Shown: positions 1 to 12,813 of the stretch, piece by piece
Position numbering within the stretch: position 1 is the first letter of the stretch
How the letters are laid out: the number at the start of each line of letters is the position of its first letter
NCBI RefSeq assembly: GCF_044704955.1
Contig: NC_091984.1
Location: forward strand, 179,366,001 to 179,430,000
Length of the DNA: 64,000 nt
From: Pristiophorus japonicus
Taxonomy: Eukaryota
Direction: 5' to 3'
Program-made: the position numbers and the translations under genes
The notes under the pieces: generated by a model
What the model was told of the DNA's origin: nothing
Database searches by the model: none
The model's input: only the letters and a program-made list of their open reading frames with translations

Positions 1-279
1 AAACTCAACCCTCTTATTATCCTTGTTTTGAATCACTTCATACTTGTCAATTTAAGTAACATTGATGCCGACATCCTACTGCTCCAGCCTTGTGATATGG
101 TTGGAGCTCCAGAAGCTCATAAGATGTAATTAGAATTGAGCAATGAGCGTAAATGAATCACGAACAATGACTGTATTTTACTATATCTACCGAACTACAA
201 TTTGCTCCATCATTCAGTTCAGCACGGGTTTAGAGTAATAACGAGTTGCATTGAATATCCAGCAAAGAAACAGGCATCC

Positions 280-2090
280 AAGCTATTTTTCTCAATTACT
301 CCTTGTGGTAGCGGGTTCCAGATTCTTACCTTGTTTTAGGTAAAGACGTTGTTCCTGAATTCCCTATTGGATTAATTCATGATTCTCTTATATTTATGAC
401 CACTAGTTTTGGAATCCCCCCCCCCCACAAGGGAAAACATTTTATTTATGTCTACCCTCTCAAAATCTTTGATTATCTTAAAGATCTCTATTAGGTCACC
501 CCTTAGCCTTAGCTTTTCGAGAGAAAAGAGCCTCAGCCTCTTCAGCCTCTCGTGATAAGTATATACTCTCAGTTCTGGCAACATCCCTGTGAAAATGTTT
601 TTGTTTTTTTCACTAATGCCTCTCTCCTATTTTTCTAATATGCAGACCAGAAATGTTAATCCAAGTATGGTCTAACCAAACAAAAGCAATATGCTGCGGA
701 TGCTGGTAATATGAAATAAAAATAGCAAATTCTGGAAATACTCAGCAGGTCAGGCAGCATCTGAGGAGAGATAAACAGGGTTAATATTTCAGGGCGATGA
801 CCTTTCATCAGAACTGGAAAAAGTTAGAGATGTGACAGGCTTTAAGCAAGTACAGAGAGAGGGAAAGGGGGAGGGGAGGAGAGAAATAAAAGGAAGTTCT
901 GTGTCAGGGTAAAAAGCTAAAATAATTAAATCAGAAAAGGGATGATGGTAAAAGGCAAAAGGGAGTGGTTATGGGGCAATAATGAAACAAAAGACGTGTC
1001 TAGAGGAGCTAAAAATGTCTAAAGCAAAATCATTACCAGCAACTGCTGTCCGAAAAAATGGGAGCAATGGTTATGGTCGGAAATGGTTGAACTCAATCTA
1101 CAGAAGGCTGTAAAGTGCTTAATCGTCGGATATCAAAATTTCTAAGCTTCTCAATATAGAAATATAGAAATATAGAAATTTAGAAATGGAACCTAGTGCT
1201 TGATTTGCTTTATATGGCCTTATTAACCTGCATCACTACTTTGAGTGATTTGTGTACCTGTAACCAGAGATCCATTTCCTCGTCTACCCCATTCAGTCTC
1301 TTATTATCCAAGCATTATGTGGCCTCCATTTTCTTCCAACAAAAATACGCTGACTCGCAATTATCTGTATAAAATTAATTTGCCAATTACACACCCATTC
1401 TGCTAGTTTACAAATGTCTTCCTTTATGTCGTCGTATTCTTCCTTTGTGTTAATTACACCTTACAATTTGGTGTCATCCACAAAGGTTGAAATGGAAGTT
1501 CCGATTCCTGCATCCAAATCTTTAATGTAAATTGAACAACAATGGTCCCAACGCCAATACCTGTTGAACCCCACTTCCCAAGTGTTGCCAGACTGAGTAG
1601 CTATCATTAAGCATCACTCTCTGTTTTATGTTTTGTAGCCAACTTGCAATCCATTCTACGAAATGTCTCCTGCCTCCACATGTTCTAACCTGAGTTATAA
1701 GCATGTTAAGTGGCATCTCATCAAAGGCCTTTTGAAAATCCAAATATATTACATCTACTGAATTATACTTTCTTTTACTTCTTCAATTAATTCAATGAAG
1801 TTGATGAAGCACGACCATCCCTTTTAAAATCCATGCTGTCTATTCTTCATTATATTTTCGATTTCCAGATGTTTAGCTATTACATCTTTGACTCAGGATC
1901 CCAGTATCTTTCCTACCACTGATGTTAAGCTAACTGGACTATCGTTCCACGGACGTGTTCTGTCTCCATTTTAAATATAGAAATTGTATCAGTTGTCTGC
2001 TAGTCCTCTGGCACTATTATCTTCTCTAATAAATTGTTATACGTATATATTGGCACTTCTGCTTTCTCTTGCCTAACCTCTTTTCATAAT
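280..2090 (-). mobile_element. Degraded CR1-type LINE (RT and 3' end), interrupted by a Penelope-like fragment at ~681-1150
   Basis: ORF pieces MDFQKAFD...GVQQVLALGPLLF (1522-1743) and ...LFSLEKLRLRGDLIEIFKI (372-584) are CR1 ORF2 motifs in the correct order on the - strand. Confidence 0.85.
681..1150 (-). mobile_element. Penelope-like element terminal fragment carrying a minimal hammerhead-ribozyme motif (~785-812)
   Basis: The - strand reads CTGATGA-a-aggtc-atc-gccct-GAAA; the flanking ~130 bp match the copy at 32190-32318. Confidence 0.65.
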
Positions 2091-2091
2091 G

Positions 2092-2935
2092 TATAGAATA
2101 ATAGAATCATACAGCACACAAGAATGTTATTCGGCCCATCGCGCCTCTTTGAAATAGCCATCCAATTAGTCCCTCTCCCTCATTCTTTCACCAAGCTCTG
2201 CAATGTTTTTACTTTTCAAGAATATACAAATACACTTTGGAAATGTATTATTAAATCTGCTTCCATTACACTTGCAGGTAATGCCTTTAAGATTACGATG
2301 ACTGGCAGTATAGAATAAATCTCCTCATCTTCCCCACTGGAATGTTTGCCAATTATTTTAATTCTGTGACATTCTGGTTGCCGACCATCTAGCCAATGGA
2401 AACAGTTTCTCCCTATATAAAAACTGCATGTAATTTTGAACACCTCTATTAAATCTTCCATTAAACTTCTTTGTTCTGAGGAAAAAAATCCCAGCTTCCC
2501 TAGTCTCTGTGCATAACTGAATTCTCCCATCCTTGATAGCATTCTGGTAAATTTCCTTTGCACTCTCTCCGAGGCCTTGATACCATTTCTAAAGTATGGT
2601 TTCCAGAATTGCATACAATATTTTAGCTAAAGTGTAACCAATGTTTCACCATTATTTCCTTGCGTTTGTATTCTATGCCTTTATTTATATGGTTTTTTAA
2701 CAGCGTTATCAACTTATCCGGCCAACTTCAAACATTTGTGTATGTGATCCCCCAGGTCTCATTCTTTCTGCACCCCTTTAAAATTGTACCAATTAGTACT
2801 CATTTTATTTGCAACATTCATCACTTCACACTTCTCTGCATATGTCTGATCACTTCACCAGTCTACCTATTTCCTACTGACGTCTACTACTATCCTTCGC
2901 ATTGTTTACTATATTTCAACCTTTTTGTACTTCCA
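2092..2935 (-). mobile_element. CR1 LINE 3' fragment
   Basis: ORF 2216-2614 QFWKPYFR...ERVQRKFTRML...LIEVFKI; ATAGAATC-type tail at ~2092-2110. Confidence 0.85.
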
Positions 2936-4019
2936 TTAATACACTCCTACCTGATGGCAGCCCTCCTGCTTAAACTTGCATTCGGAAGCAGCGAGTAGGA
3001 GCGCAGCTTAATGGCCCACGGATCCGAAGGTAACATCCTGTGTGGAAGCGGTCCTGTCGTCATTTAGGCTTGGCCTTCCAATCAGGAAACAGATTGCCTT
3101 TCATTGATTTAAATCCCTACATGACTTAATTACTACAGCCTTTAAAATACCAACAGATTTAGCGTTTTATCGTGGAATCCAATTCATTACTTATACATCC
3201 CACTTCTCAACAAATAATGCACACCGTGCAAAAAGTTATGAAATGTAAGCGTTGTTTTTTTTAAAAACGTGCAGCTTCAACATACACTAGGATTGTTTAG
3301 CATTGTTGCTGGATGTCATTGAATTAAAAGAAAATCTTTTTTTTTTTCATTTCGGGTATCCTTTTACATCGTGGCAATAGGCCCTGTGCCTATTTCCACC
3401 AGCTGTAAAATTTCCATAAGTAACAGCTGGGCAGTTGGTAGAGAAATAGCCGAACTCTGAGCTTTCAATAAGATTTTCAGTGGCGGTGTGGATGGCCTCC
3501 ACAGGTCGAAATCCCGAACCTGCGGTGAATTTCAAATGCAGTATGACGGTGTACTCTGCGTGTACGCTCTCATACCCATCTCAAAATCCGGGCCATTTCC
3601 TATCAATCTCCAAAGCCTAAATCTTCATGGAGGATATCATCTAACCTATTTTTTGTATTACAATACCAGACCCTCTGGTTGGTTAAATAGAGTATCGATA
3701 CAACAGAACAATACCCAACATTACAGGTTGCATCCCCCATGTGAATGGAATTGAAAGGGGAAAGGAAGCGCTTTGAGTGCATCCTGAAAAGTACAACTGA
3801 TGCAATTGCGCGAGGTACCAGGATTTGGAATTTGATAACTGCCTTCTTAGTATAATAACATCTGCCCTAGACAAACTGAGATCTCAAATTGCCGAACGCA
3901 GTAACGTGGAATAACGTTATTAACATCGTAGCGCATTAAAAAAACAACTGCTAATACATAACGACAGCGTCCTAATATTTAATATCCAGAAATTTGCAAT
4001 TTCAATGAAAGAAGAAGAA

Positions 4020-4475
4020 AGAAAGACTTGGATTTAGATAGCGCCTTTCTCGAACTCCGGACGTCTCAAAGCACTTTACAACCAATGAAGTACTTTTGTA
4101 GTATAGTCACCGTTGTAATGTAGGAAATGCGACAGCCAATTTGCGCACAAGCAAGCTCCCACAAACAGCAATGTGATAATGACCAGATAATTTGTTTTTG
4201 TTATATTGATTCACGGATAAATATTAGCCAAGGCATCAGGGATAGCACCCCTGCTCTAACTCGAAATACTGCAATGGGATTTTTTACGTCCACATGAGAA
4301 AGCAAGTTTAACGTCTCAGCTGAAAGTTAGCACCTCCGACAGTGAACCGCTTGCTCAGTATTGCATTGGAGTGTCAGCCTAGATTGTTCCTGTTCAGGTC
4401 TCTGGAGGAAGATTTGAAACCACAATCTTCTCACTCAGAGGCGAATTGCTACCCACTGAGTCGCAGCTGACACTG
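4020..4475 (-). mobile_element. tRNA-derived Deu-domain SINE (SacSINE1/AmnSINE1-like)
   Basis: The - strand has a tRNA-like head (gtcagctgcgactcagtgggtagc...), a central GGGAGCTTGCTTGTGCGCAAATTGGCTG...TTTCCTACATTACAAC Deu-like core and an L2-like AAAGGCGCTAT tail. Confidence 0.75.
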
Positions 4476-4656
4476 CAACTGGCACAACAATATATCTGCT
4501 GAGTAATTACATAGCACAGAACAGGCCATTCAGCACAACCAGCCTGTGCCGGCGTTTCTGCTCCCCTCAACCATCGTCCCACCTTTCCTCATCTAACCTT
4601 AGGAGCGTAACCCTCTATTCCCTAGTCCTTCATATGCATATCTAGTTTCCTAGGTA

Positions 4657-6235
4657 CTTATTGAATATATTTCACAAAAAAGAGAGGCGATGCAGACATT
4701 ACAATCTGAGAGGAGGAGTGTGAAATATTAGACCGAATAAAGATAGTGACAGAGGAAATATCAAGGCGTTTAGAAGCGTTGCAAGTGGATGAATCGACAG
4801 GCCCGATTGAAATGTATCTCGCGCTATTAAGAGAAGCAAAAGAGGAAATAACAGAGACTCTGACCATTATTTTCCATTCGTCTCTGGCTACTGGTGTGGT
4901 GCCGCAGGACTGGAGTATTGTTAATGTTGTACCTTTGTTTAAGAAGGGAGAAAGGGATAAACCGAGTAACTACCTAACGTCAGCCTAACATCGGAGGTGT
5001 GGAAATTATTGGATAAAATTCTGAGGATAAATATTAATTTAGAATGACACGGATAATCAAGGACAGTCATTTGTCATGGAAGGCCATGTCTGAATAACTT
5101 GATTGGAATTTTTGAGGAGGTCACAACGAGGGTCGATGAGGGCAGTACGTTTGATGTTGTGTATATGGATTTTAGCAAGCTTTTGATAAGGTCCCACGTG
5201 GCAACCTGGTCACGAAAGTAAAAGCCCATGCAAGGCAAAGTGGTAAGTTGGCTCCAGAATTATCTCAGAGGCAATAAACAAAGGGTAATGGTTGATGGGT
5301 GTTTCTGTGACAGGAACGCTATTTCCAGTGGGGTTCCACAGCTCTCAATACTAGATCCCTTGCTTTTGTGGTATATATCATTGACTTAGACTTGAATGTA
5401 GTGGGTATGATTAAGAAGTTTGCACATGATACAACAATTGGTCGTGTGGTTGGTAATGAAGAAGAATGCTGTAGACTGCAGGAAGATATCAATGAACTGG
5501 TCAGGTGGGCAGAGCAGTGGCAAATAGAATTCAATCCGAAGAAGTGTGAGGTAATGCATTTGTGGGGGGCTAACAAAGAAAGGCAATATGCATTAAATTA
5601 TAGAACACTGAGAAGTGCAGAGAAACAAAGGGACCTTGAAGTGCATGTCGACAGATCCCTGAAGGTAGCAGGCCAGGTAGATAAGATGGTTAAGCAGCCA
5701 TACATAGTACGTGCCTTTATTAGCCAACACATAGAATACAAAAGCAGGGTGGTTATGCTTAAACTGAATAAAACACTGGTTAGGCCACAGCTAGAGTACT
5801 GCGTGCAGTTCTGATCACCACATTACAAGAAATATGTGATTGCACTAGAGAGGGTACAGAGGAGCTTTAAAAGGATGTTATCTGGATTGGAGAATTTTAG
5901 CGATGAGGAAGAATTGGATAGGCTGGGTTTGTTTTCTTTGGATCAGCGGAAACTGAGGGGGACCATATTGAGGCGTATAATATTAGGAGAGACCTAGATA
6001 GAGTGGAAAGGGAACACCTATTTCCTTTAGCAGAGGGGTCAAAAACAAGGGGGCATAGATTTAAATTAATTGGTAGGAGGTTTAGAGAGGATTTGAGGGC
6101 ACATTTTTTCACCCAGCAGGTGGTGGGGGCCTGGAACTTTCTGACTGAAAGTGTGGTAGAGGCACAAACATTCACCACACTTAAAAAGTACTTGGATGTG
6201 CACTTGAAGTACCTTAACTACAATGCTACGGATCA
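4657..6235 (+). mobile_element. CR1 LINE (5'-truncated, degraded); its 3' UTR resumes at 20004-20115 after the provirus
   Basis: ORF2 pieces VPLFKKGERDKPSNY, KFAHDT, LVRPQLEYCVQF; joining ...gctacggatca to accaagagctggaaagt... restores the 3' UTR seen intact at 28100-28130. Confidence 0.9.
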
Positions 6236-7453
6236 TGTAAGGTGGGTGGTTGGGGTGGTCTCTATGAGGGGGTCAGATTCCCTTCTGACCAAATTGAGCG
6301 GTTTGAATCGCTCCCACTCCCTTGGGTTCTGTACTCTGGATTTATTTGGGCGGTGTGACAAAAGTGCAAAGGACACTAGTTTGATGCAAAGAAAGTTGTT
6401 TTTATTACAGTCAAGGTAATACAGGCTTATTAGTCAAGTAAGAAAATACAAGGCCAAACTTACAATCATTCTAATACAGGACAGTACAGGGAAAGGTACA
6501 AGGTCAAACTTATAACCACTCTAATAAAGAAACATACACTGCATATTCAAAGGGGGTTACAGTAAATTATACCTCCCACCTCCCAATACCTAATTCTAGC
6601 TCGGTTAGACTCCAGTGCAGGCAGGGACTTATGCTTACCAATCCTTTTGATAGTTAATGGTAGATCGTGGTTGGTTTTCCTTTGATACCACGTTGACTGT
6701 AGTCAGAGGCTGCTGCGATGGGGATGTTCTTCCTTCCTTCAGGACTTCAGGACTCCGAGGCTGGAGAAGTTAGTTTATAACTGTCGCGTTGGTTTCTCTC
6801 CTTGGCTTGATGAGGTAGTAGCAGCCTTGCAGTTAACTAGAAACCACCTCCAACCTCTGTTGAAAACAGTGGCCAGTTATACGATTTCAGTGGCTCTAAT
6901 CTTAGCGCCAGATCTCTTCAAAATCCTTTGTATAATTTTGGTGAGCTTGGTTCTTCTTTGTAATATTTTTGTCGGGCTCGTTAGCAGTTGACATGTCTTG
7001 GGTGGGTTGATATTCGAAAAGTGTTTCCCGATGGAAAAATTAGTTTGGTAATTGCAATGTCCTTTTGTGCTTAGTCTTTGGCATGCAGGCTGGATTGGGC
7101 CTCTTTGTGATGTACATGCTGAAATGGTTGTCCAGACCCATGTTAATGAGTAGCTATTTTGTAATGTTAATGTTCCTTGTGGAGAAAGATTCTTGACTAC
7201 TCAATTCGCCAGACAAAGTTACTTCAGTTCCAACACCTAGGCAGACCCATTAATCAGGGTGTCTCCTGTGGGTTCTTTAGGTCCGCCCACAGCCTTGAAT
7301 TTGTCTTGTAAAATCCAAAATTCTATTAAAGTTCGTACCTTCTTCCATAAGCACTTTAGGGTTCTAAACGTTTTGGTAGATAGTCCCAAATTAAATTTCC
7401 TTTCGAATGAGCCCAAACACAGGGGAGTTTCTTTTGAATTTTGAATTCTTTCA
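6236..7453 (-). repeat. 3' LTR of lokiretrovirus-like element
   Basis: TG at 6236, CA at 7452-7453; direct repeat of 18748-20003. Confidence 0.92.
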
Positions 7454-7461
7454 TTCCCCCC
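7454..7461 (-). promoter_or_regulatory. Polypurine tract
   Basis: GGGGGGAA on the - strand immediately before the 3' LTR. Confidence 0.8.
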
Positions 7462-7845
7462 TGTTGACACTCCACACTACTAAGTGTTAATCAAGTTAAG
7501 CAAAATTCCTGCTCCAGAGAATCAACCTTCCCTGCATTTATACTAGCTAAAGATTACCTCCGTTGATGCAGGGTAATCTTTAGGCGAACACAGTCATTAC
7601 AATTCGGTTATAGCATAGAGGGTGTATGATGTCCCTATTTTACTCAGTTTTCACAGTAAAATGACGGTATACAGTCATACACAACTTTAAGTAAATAAAA
7701 TAAAAAGACATAGTAACACATTCTCAAATAGCATAAAGGTCCATAGTCAAACACGTTTTAAGTTCAGTAAAATAAATGTACATGATCAAATTTTTAAGTA
7801 ACACTCTTACAGCACTCGCGATGTTGCGGTTTACAGCAAGTAAAA

Positions 7846-10800
7846 TCAAACACTAATTAAACATGGTATTATGATGTCACCCCCTCCCTGCGCGATTCCC
7901 AAGTTCGGCCAAGGAGCGTATAGCACCCTCTGGTGCCTGACCTGATGGCCTCTGTGTTTCACTCGGCAAGTGAGACACCATAAGTAATGTATAATCTTGA
8001 GTTGAAAAATAACTAAAGTGTGGGAAGCGATTCGGATCCAAACTTTGAAGGGTAACTTTGAAGGTATGAGGCGTGAATTGGCTAAGATAGATTGGCGAAT
8101 GATACTTAAGGGGTTGACTGTGGATGGGCAATGGCAGACATTTAGAGACCGCATGGATGAATTACAACAATTGTACATTCCTGTCTGGCGTAAAAATAAA
8201 AAAGGGAAGGTGGCTCAACCGTGGCTACCTAGGGAAATCAGGGATAGTATTAAAGCCAAGGAAATGGCATACAAATTGGCCAGAAATAGCAGCGAACCTG
8301 GCGACTGGGAGAAATTTAGAACTCAGCAGAGGAGGACAAAGGGTTTGATTAGGGCAGGGAAAATGGAGTACGAGAAGAAGCTTGCAGGGAACATTAAGGC
8401 GGATTGCAAAAGTTTCTATAGGTATGTAAAGAGAAAAAGGTTAGTAAAGACAAACGTAGGTCCCCTGCAGTCAGAATCAGGGGAAGTCATAACGGGGAAC
8501 AAAGAAATGGCAGACCAATTGAACAAGTACTTTGGTTCAGTATTCACCAAGGAGGACACAAACAACCTTCCGGATATAAAAGGGGTCAGAGGATCTAGTA
8601 AGGAGGAGGAACTGAGGGAAATCTTTATTAATCGGGAAATTGTGTTGGGGAAATTGATGGGATTGAAGGCCGATAAATCCCCAGGGCCTGATGGACTGCA
8701 TCCCAGAGTACTTAAGGAGATGGCCTTGGAAATAGCGGATGCATTGACAGTCATTTTCCAACATTCCATTGACTCAGGATCAGTTCCTATCGAGTGGAGG
8801 GTAGCCAATGTAACCCCACTTTTTAAAAAAGGAGGGTGAGAGAAAGCAGGGAATTATAGACCTGTCAGCCTGACCTCAGTAGTGGGTAAAATGATGGAAT
8901 CAATTATTAAGGATGTCATAGCAGCGCATTTGGAAAATGGTGACATGATAGGTCCAAGTCAGCATGGATTGGTGAAAGGGAGATCATGCTTGACAAATCT
9001 TCTGGAATTTTTTGAGGAAGTTTCCAGTAAAGTGGACAAAGGAGAACCAGTTGATGTGGTATATTTGGACTTTCAGAAGGCTTTCGACAAGGTCCCGTAC
9101 AGGAGATTAATGTGCAAAGTTAAAGCACATGGGATTGGGGGTAGTGTGCTGACGTGGATTGAGAACTGGTTGTCAGACAGGAAGCAAAGAGTATGAGTAA
9201 ATGGGTACTTTTCAGAATGGCAGGCAGTGACTAGTGGGGTACCACAAGGTTCTGTGCTGGGGCCCCAGCTGTTTACATTGTACATTAATGATTTAGACGA
9301 GGGGATTAAATGTAGTATCTCCAAATTTGCGGATGACACTAAGTTGGGTGGCAGTGTGAGCTGCGAGGAGGATGCTATGAGGCTGCAGAGTGACTTGGAT
9401 AGGTTAGGTGAGTGGGCAAATGCGTGGCAGATGAATTATAATGTGGATAAATGTGAGGTTATCCACTTTGGTGGTAAAAATAGAGAGACAGACTATTATC
9501 TGAATGGTGACAGATTAGGAAGGGGGAAGTTGCAGCGAGACCTGGGTGTCATGGTACATCAGTCATTGAAGGTTGACATGCAGGTACAGCAGGCGGTTAA
9601 GAAAGCAAATGGCATGTTGGCCTTCATAGCGAGGGGATTTGAGTACAGGGGCAGGGAGGTGTTGCTACAGTTGTATAGGGCCTTGGTGAGGCCACACCTG
9701 GAGTATTGTGTACAGTTTTGGTCTCCTAACTTGAGGAAGGACGTTCTTGCTATTGAGGGAGTGCAGCGAAGATTCACCAGACTGATTCCCGGGATGGTGG
9801 GACTGACCTATCAAGAAAGACTGGATCAACTGGGCTTGTATTCACTGGAGTTCAGAAGAGTGAGAGGGGATCTCATAGAAACGTTTAAAATTCTGACGGG
9901 TTTGGACAGGTTGGATGCAGGAAGAATGTTCCCACTGTTGGGGAAGTCCAGAACCAGGAGTCACAGTCTAACGATAAGGGGTAAGCCATTTAGGACCGAG
10001 ATGAGGAGAAACTTCTTCACCCAGAGAGTGGTGAACCTGTGGAATTCTCTACCACAGAAAGTGGTTGAGGCCACTTCACTAAATAATTCAAAAGGGAGTT
10101 AGATGAAGTCTTTACTACTCGGGGGATCAAGGGGTATGGCGAGAAAGCAGGAAGTGGGTACTGAAGTTTCATGTTCAGCCATGAACTCATTGAATGGCGG
10201 TGCAGGCTAGAAGGGCTGAATGGCCTGCTCCTGCACCTATTTTCTATGTTTCTATGTTTCTAAACTGGGACTTCTATATTTCTGAAAAGGTCCCACCAAA
10301 GTGGAATGGTGATCTCAAGAATCTTTTTCCCTATCGCAATGGTTTTCTGTTGTAGAGTATAGAAGTGTTTTTGTGAGATAATTGCAGCTTTTAGCAGAAC
10401 GGTGAGATGTTCGGGTAGAGGGGGAATTGTATAGCCAAATTGTACAACATAATCCTGCAGGTTTGTAATGTTTTCCTTCACAGTGAGGTGGACAGTGGAA
10501 GGTTCAGGAATGGGGACAATCCGTTCCTGGGCCACTTGAACTGATGCCTCAGGTTTGAAGCAAAAATTGCTGTCACTTACCGGACACCAGAAGTGTCCAT
10601 GGTGGTAGTGGGGCACACTGCTGGTGACACAATATGTGCTACCCCCTATGTATGCTACCTGTGGAGGGACATGGTCTTGTGATTACTTCCATGGTGCAGT
10701 TAATAGGCTGTGCGCCAGCAGCTTTAAACCCAAACTGTGACTTTGAATGGGCACTTAAGTACTGGGTACACAATATTATGTGTGCACCCCGGCTCCGGCA

Positions 10801-12423
10801 CCTGGAGAGGTCAGTACCCGTTACGGCATGCTCCCACTTTATGACATAGGGTGGGACCGCTGCGAAACGAATGTGTGCACCTCCCTGAAAAACTCCACCT
10901 GGTATACCGGTACGGGTCGGGCAGTCCCACCCATGACTGGCATCCTTAATACTATCCCCATAATAGCGTGCTTAGATTTCTCACAGTCTACTGGGACAGG
11001 GTAGGCCTCAGAGGCTAGGCGGAACTGGCAAGGGCTTAGTGAATTGCTGTAAGGGTGGAGGGCTACAAGGTGCTTGTTCCTGATCCAAGAGGGGACTACA
11101 CCTTGTTTTAAATCCTGCAGGTTGTTGCGGCTATCGCTCAACAACCATGCCCCATATATTATGCACACCTCGTTCTGTGCAGCCTCGTCAGAAGCGTTTT
11201 TATCCTCCCGTATGAGTGCATTCACTGTCTGTGCATGTTTTTCCAGCTGAGCCACTCTTTCTTTTAAATGGACAATCATAACCTGGTCCTCGTGTAGTTC
11301 TGATCCTACTACGGTGGTCTCCTGTTTCAGGATTTTTCTCAATTGGGTCTTCAAACTGTTTATCTTTGTTTGCAGTTCTATGTCTTCTACAATATTTATT
11401 ACAGAGGATGCTGTATTGTAGTCGTTTATGATTCCCCTTCTAGGTCTCCCTGAGCCCATGGTGTTCCGAGTGTTTAGGGTGTATAGGTCTGCTTTGTCTA
11501 CATTTCCAAAGTCTAACTCATAAAATTTCTTGAACATGTCTCTAAGTAGGGCCTGGTATAGCAGCTCTGTTTCCTTCGGACACCATGCAGGTAGGTGTAC
11601 CTCGATAAGGTTTAAAATTACTGAAGCTACTGCATAATGTACCACCTGGTATAACACCTTTTCAGTCGTTACCAATACTAATCCATTTCCAGGTCGCTTT
11701 GTGGTGGTAGGACACCTTTCTATTACTGTGCGTATTGGCGGGGTTGTGGGCAGGGGTTTCTTAATGTGTGTTCTTTGTTCGGTGGCATTAATTAGGAGTG
11801 GGGAGTGTGGGACCGCACACCCGTGTAGGCGAGAATCCCACCCTATCCTTTCCCGTTCATCTTTCCATTGCCTGGCGAAGGCGATTGATATGCCTGCGGG
11901 ACAAATACTATCGGATCCCCACATGCAAACATAAATTCCTTTTCGGATCCCCACAATTTCTCCCAACATACTTTTACTCCTCCCCGTGTTCCCGTGATGG
12001 TGCAGTACGTATCATTACTGAGTCTTTCCCAGTCCGATTCCTGGTCCCATGTGTCCTTGCTGAGTTTTCTGAGCCCCCACCATCTTCCCAGGGGAATGTT
12101 TCCTTTGCAAGTCAAACATACACGTTTTCCCTCTGTAACACTGACTCGGGAAGCGATGATCCGTATCCGGGGGTATGGAACTGAGGCCTTCCCGTAGGTA
12201 ACGCCTTCTTGGTTGGAGTAGCGGGTAGAATTAGATCCAGCCACCCTGGCCATCTTCCCTCGTGGGTGTAAACGGTGAGTTCTTCCACATCTTGGGGGCC
12301 ACCCCCGGCGGTTACAATTGGTGCTCTTCCTCCTGAACATCCGTAGATGAGGGATTCTTCCACGTCTCCTCGGTCGCTGCTGCTCATCCCTATCAGGGCA
12401 AGCAGGACCAGGATCCTTCTCAT
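7846..12423 (-). pseudogene. env: env: F-like class I fusion glycoprotein, frameshifted and split by CR1 8045-10261
   Basis: Splice acceptor ttttatgtgcccctacAG (12438-12437); signal peptide MRRILVLLALIGMSSS; furin RPRR (11447-11436) followed by heptads; Cys-rich block DLSRCRSRGAHIILC...INCT...YC...WC...FC; PLWWDLFRNIEVPV/WIRIASHTLVIFQLKIIHYLWCL membrane anchor rejoined across the CR1. Confidence 0.8.
8045..10261 (+). mobile_element. Young 5'-truncated CR1 LINE inserted in env
   Basis: Nearly continuous ORF2 ([31 protein letters not shown]) with few stops; (TTTCTATG)n tail; AAACT duplicated at 8040-8044 and 10262-10266. Confidence 0.95.
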
Positions 12424-12813
12424 GCTGCTCTCGTTCCTGTAGGGGCACATAAAACAGATTGTCTAGCCCTGAGAAAGTTCTCTCGCTTGACAAAGGTAAC
12501 CGAGTTCCAAATTGGGCTCATAGTCTTTAATTGACTTGCTGTCTTATTCAGTTCCTTGTGGATTGATATCTGCTTTTAACTTTTATCTCACAGCCGTATT
12601 GCCTGTTATCCTACTGGTGCTTCCTTAATAGCCATCCATACCAGTAGATTCTTCTTATTCCTGGGTATTACCCGGCCTGTGCCTCTTTTAATAGCTGCAC
12701 AGATAGATTCCTTTTCCTTACCCCAGTTAACTAATACATATACATATTTATCATTACACAGATAACCTTACACTAATCTAACTTATTCACTAAACATACT
12801 TAAATTCATATTG

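Noticed and set aside
4380-4475. tRNA gene
   Set aside because: Degenerate tRNA-derived head of a SINE, continuous with the Deu core.
6236-7453. Solo LTR
   Set aside because: It is preceded by a PPT and env, and the interrupted CR1 and TSD only close at 20004, so it is the 3' LTR of the full provirus.
8416-9777. Antisense ORFs within CR1 copies
   Set aside because: Shadow frames of CR1 ORF2 recurring in every copy; no independent evidence of coding.
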